Assembly: GCA_963793265.1 (NCBI GenBank)
Contig: CAWBZI010000004.1
Span: forward strand, 608,001-672,000
Source of the DNA: an uncultured cyanobacterium
GTDB taxonomy: Bacteria; Cyanobacteriota; Cyanobacteriia; Phormidesmidales; Phormidesmidaceae
Direction of reading: 5' to 3'
Length of the DNA stretch: 64,000 bases
The notes under the pieces were generated by a model that saw nothing but the letters and a program-made list of their open reading frames with translations, was not told the DNA's origin and ran no database searches. Positions 60,822-64,000 of the stretch are shown piece after piece (within the stretch, counting starts at the first letter, position 1; every line of letters starts with the position of its first letter). The position numbers and the translations under genes are program-made.

Positions 60822-63671
60822 ATGCGTATGTCTTTTTTTCGCTCATTTCCACTGCTGCGGCTACTGGTCATCGCCACGCTCAGTCAAATTTTAGGTGTAG
60901 TTGGCCTAGTCGGCTATCTCTCATTTAGAAACGGGCAAAAAGCGGTCGAAGACTTAGGCGATCAGCTCATTACGACCATTAACTATCGCGTGGCTCAAGA
61001 GTTAGAAGCCTACCTTTCTATTCCGCTTACGATCAATCACTTGAATGTAGATGCTGCTAAAAGCGGTCTGATAGCGATAGACAATCCACAGCGATTAGAA
61101 TACCGGCTGTGGAATCAGCTCCAAGCGTTTCAATCGGTGAGCTATATCTATGTGAGCAGTCTCGAAGGCGGAAGCCTGGCAGTCGGGCGAAATCAGCAAG
61201 GCGGCTACGTTATCGAACAAACCGAGACTTATCCAAAAGCGGGCGATTATGCTGTTCACACTGCTGATATGCAGGGTAATCGAAAAGAGATTTTAAGAAC
61301 TTTTCCAGATCAAGATGCTCGAAAACGGCCCTGGTTTCAAGCCCCGATTCAAGCGCAGGCGCAAGTTTGGACTGAGCCCTTTAAGTATGTAGGCCGTGAG
61401 TCAGTGATTGCAATCTCGGCATCGAGCCCGCTCTACGATCCAAATGGTGAGCTTCAGGGCATTGCAACGGTAGACTTAGAGCTAGCTCGAATCAGCCGAT
61501 TTCTACGCAATCTGATCCGAGAACCTACCGATCAGATCTTCATCATGGAGCGATCGGGGCGACTGCTAGCGGCTTCCGACTATTCCCCTACAGTCGTTAG
61601 GCAGGGGCAAACGGAGATTATTCAGGCCAGTCAAAGCCCTAACGCGCTCATCCGTCAAACAACTCAGCAGCTAGAGCGCCAGTTCAACAGGTTGACTACC
61701 ATTGAGCAGCAGCGGACGACGATGGTTGTAGATGGCAATTCTTATTTTGTGCAGGTTAACCCCTGGCGAGACAATGTGGGGCTTGACTGGCTAATTGTCG
61801 TGATGGTGCCTGAGTCAAGGCTGATGGCGCAAATTGATGAGAACACTCGGACGACGGTTATTTTGTGTCTGCTGGCGATCGCGCTTTCAACCTTTGTAGC
61901 CACACTCGTCGCCCGCTACATCAGCGCGCCTGTTTTAGAACTTAGTACGGCCAGTCAGCATTTAGCTGAGGCCAGCCGCCAGCAGTTTACCGGCGAGAAG
62001 CTAGCACCCGTGCTAAAAAACCTGAGCATTCGAGAATTTGAGGCGCTGGCGAAAAGCTTTCAACAAATGAGTGAGCAGCTACAGTCCTCTTATACAAAAC
62101 TAGGAGAGTATTCACAGTCTCTAGAAGTGAAGGTGAAAGAGAGAACGCTCGCCCTTGAAGACGAGATTGAGGTGCGCAAGCGGGCAGAGGCGCAAAGCCT
62201 GGAGGCCAAGGAAGCCGCTGAAGTAGCCAATCAGGCGAAGAGTGAATTTTTGGCGAATATGAGTCATGAGCTGCGATCGCCCCTCAACGCGATTCTAGGC
62301 TTTGCTCAAATGATGCAGCAGAGCGCCACCGTGCCTACTGAACATCAGGAGAACGCTACCATCATTGGCCGCAGCGGAGAGCATTTGCTGACGCTAATCA
62401 ACAATGTGCTCGATATGTCAAAAATTGAGGCAGGTCGCACTACTCTAATCTCTACGCCTTTTGATCTGTATCGACTGCTAAACGATTTGCGCAGTATGTT
62501 TTCACTGCGAATGCAAGAAAAACAGCTTGAGCTGAACTTTCACTATGCGCCCGATCTGCCTCCTTATATTGCGACCGACCAGAGTAAGCTTCGTCAGGTT
62601 TTAATCAATCTGCTCAACAACGCCATCAAGTTTACGGCGGCGGGCAGCGTGACATTAGTCTGTACAGAAGAGTCCTGCCAGCAAACTCCGCAGGAGAGTG
62701 TTGCTGTGCTGCGTTTTGACGTGATAGATACCGGGCAAGGCATGACGACGGCTGAATTGGCCCAAGTGTTTGAGCCTTTTGTCCAGACAAAACTGGGCCA
62801 GGCGGCTTCAGAGGGCACGGGGTTAGGATTGCCCATCTGCCGGAACTTTGTGCAGCTTATGGGCGGTGAGCTTACGCTTGAGAGTGAGCAGTCGCAGGGG
62901 ACGAAAGCAACTTTTAGCATTTGCGCGCAGGTTATAGAGAGTTTGGAAGAGCCTGAAGAAATCATAGGCCGAAAGGTGATTGGCCTAATGCCTGGTCAGC
63001 CTAAGTACCGGCTGCTGATAGTGGATGATAAAGGTGATAATCGAAAGCTGTTGAAAAAGCTGCTCTTGCCGCTGGGCTTTGAGCTGAAAGAAGCGTGGAA
63101 TGGTCGAATAGGCGTTGAGACTACTTTAAGCTGGCAGCCGGATTTGATCTGGATGGATATGCGAATGCCGGTGTTAGATGGCTATAAAGCAACGCGGCAG
63201 ATCAGGCGATCGCAGACCGAAGGTGCCCTAAAAAAGGCACCGGTAGTTGTAGCGCTCTCGGCCAGTAGCTTTCGAGAAGAACAAATATCTGCGATCGCCT
63301 CAGGCTGCGACGACTTCATCCAAAAGCCGTTTCGCACAGCCACTATTTTTGAAGCTTTAGCGCGTCATTTAGGCGTCCGCTACCGCTACCAATCTGAAAT
63401 GCTCAAAGATTCTACCGATGATCTGTTGACAGAGACGGTTGAAATCAATATCCAGCAGCTCAAACAGCTACCCTCAAAGCAGCTCAAAGATCTAGAGGCA
63501 GCAGCTCAGCGGCTTCAGTGGAACGAGCTTTTACAGATCATTGCGTCTATTCGTACGGCAGACCAGCGCTTAGCAGATGCGCTTGCTCAGGCTGTTTATG
63601 GCTTTTACTACGAGAGAATTTTAAAGGCGATCGCGCTTGCCCGCAGCGACTCAACAGAACTAGGAGAATAA
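60822..63671 (+). CDS. Hybrid sensor kinase (dCache-HAMP-HisKA-HATPase-REC)
   Basis: Two TMs, RPWF Cache motif, MSHELRSPL, NAIKFT, MDMRMP. Confidence 0.93.
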   Translation: MRMSFFRSFPLLRLLVIATLSQILGVVGLVGYLSFRNGQKAVEDLGDQLITTINYRVAQELEAYLSIPLTINHLNVDAAKSGLIAIDNPQRLEYRLWNQLQAFQSVSYIYVSSLEGGSLAVGRNQQGGYVIEQTETYPKAGDYAVHTADMQGNRKEILRTFPDQDARKRPWFQAPIQAQAQVWTEPFKYVGRESVIAISASSPLYDPNGELQGIATVDLELARISRFLRNLIREPTDQIFIMERSGRLLAASDYSPTVVRQGQTEIIQASQSPNALIRQTTQQLERQFNRLTTIEQQRTTMVVDGNSYFVQVNPWRDNVGLDWLIVVMVPESRLMAQIDENTRTTVILCLLAIALSTFVATLVARYISAPVLELSTASQHLAEASRQQFTGEKLAPVLKNLSIREFEALAKSFQQMSEQLQSSYTKLGEYSQSLEVKVKERTLALEDEIEVRKRAEAQSLEAKEAAEVANQAKSEFLANMSHELRSPLNAILGFAQMMQQSATVPTEHQENATIIGRSGEHLLTLINNVLDMSKIEAGRTTLISTPFDLYRLLNDLRSMFSLRMQEKQLELNFHYAPDLPPYIATDQSKLRQVLINLLNNAIKFTAAGSVTLVCTEESCQQTPQESVAVLRFDVIDTGQGMTTAELAQVFEPFVQTKLGQAASEGTGLGLPICRNFVQLMGGELTLESEQSQGTKATFSICAQVIESLEEPEEIIGRKVIGLMPGQPKYRLLIVDDKGDNRKLLKKLLLPLGFELKEAWNGRIGVETTLSWQPDLIWMDMRMPVLDGYKATRQIRRSQTEGALKKAPVVVALSASSFREEQISAIASGCDDFIQKPFRTATIFEALARHLGVRYRYQSEMLKDSTDDLLTETVEINIQQLKQLPSKQLKDLEAAAQRLQWNELLQIIASIRTADQRLADALAQAVYGFYYERILKAIALARSDSTELGE

Positions 63672-63673
63672 GT

Positions 63674-64000
63674 ATGAGAAATTTTTCTGTTCCCGCTACA
63701 GATGACGTTCAGCCCAATATTCTAATAGTTGATGATACGCCCGATAATTTGCGGCTGCTAGTGAAAGTGCTCAGCGAGCATGGATACAGCCCTCGGCCTG
63801 TTACTGACGGGAAAAGGGCGATCGCCGCTGCCCAGCTAGACCCGCCCGATCTGGTTCTGCTCGATATTAAAATGCCTGGCATGGATGGCTATGAAGTGTG
63901 CCAGCAGCTAAAAGCCGACGAGCGCACCTGTGACGTGCCTATTATGTTTCTCACTGTTTTGGATGACGAAGACGACATTGTGAAGGGCTTTGAAATCGGC
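63674..64000 (+). CDS. Response-regulator-domain protein, partial (runs off window)
   Basis: ILIVDDTPDNL...LLDIKMPGMDGYEVC. Confidence 0.88.
   Translation, partial: MRNFSVPATDDVQPNILIVDDTPDNLRLLVKVLSEHGYSPRPVTDGKRAIAAAQLDPPDLVLLDIKMPGMDGYEVCQQLKADERTCDVPIMFLTVLDDEDDIVKGFEIG

Overview
Chromosomal segment of a cyanobacterium: the HIP1 octamer GCGATCGC occurs throughout and many genes belong to cyanobacterial families. The first 16.4 kb is a rearranged defence region. Two inverted copies of an IS4-family (IS10-like) element bracket a 13.8-kb segment. The type I R-M system there is broken: hsdR has one in-frame nonsense codon, hsdS is cut at its 3' end by IS copy 1, and only the 3' part of hsdM remains beyond IS copy 2. 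Flipping the segment restores a co-directional hsdR-vapBC-hsdS'-IS-'hsdM order. Inside the segment, a previously unannotated ADP-ribosyltransferase-like pseudogene and an S1-domain gene sit between a truncated OmpR regulator and its sensor kinase. The rest of the window holds tRNA-Val(CAC), a PTPA-CTERM protein, a 4xPPC-S8 protease, an orphan C5 DNA methyltransferase, further PIN toxin-antitoxin pairs, and thiol/redox genes (cysK, Prx-Grx, gor). It also holds a complete GDP-heptose pathway divergent from an uncharacterised GT4-SH3-PaaK-like ligase-3xGT2 operon (the best candidate for an undescribed system), glcF, a URC-type uracil catabolism trio, AraC-AzlCD and a two-component cluster running off the right edge. 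All calls come from reading motifs by eye; no database searches were run.
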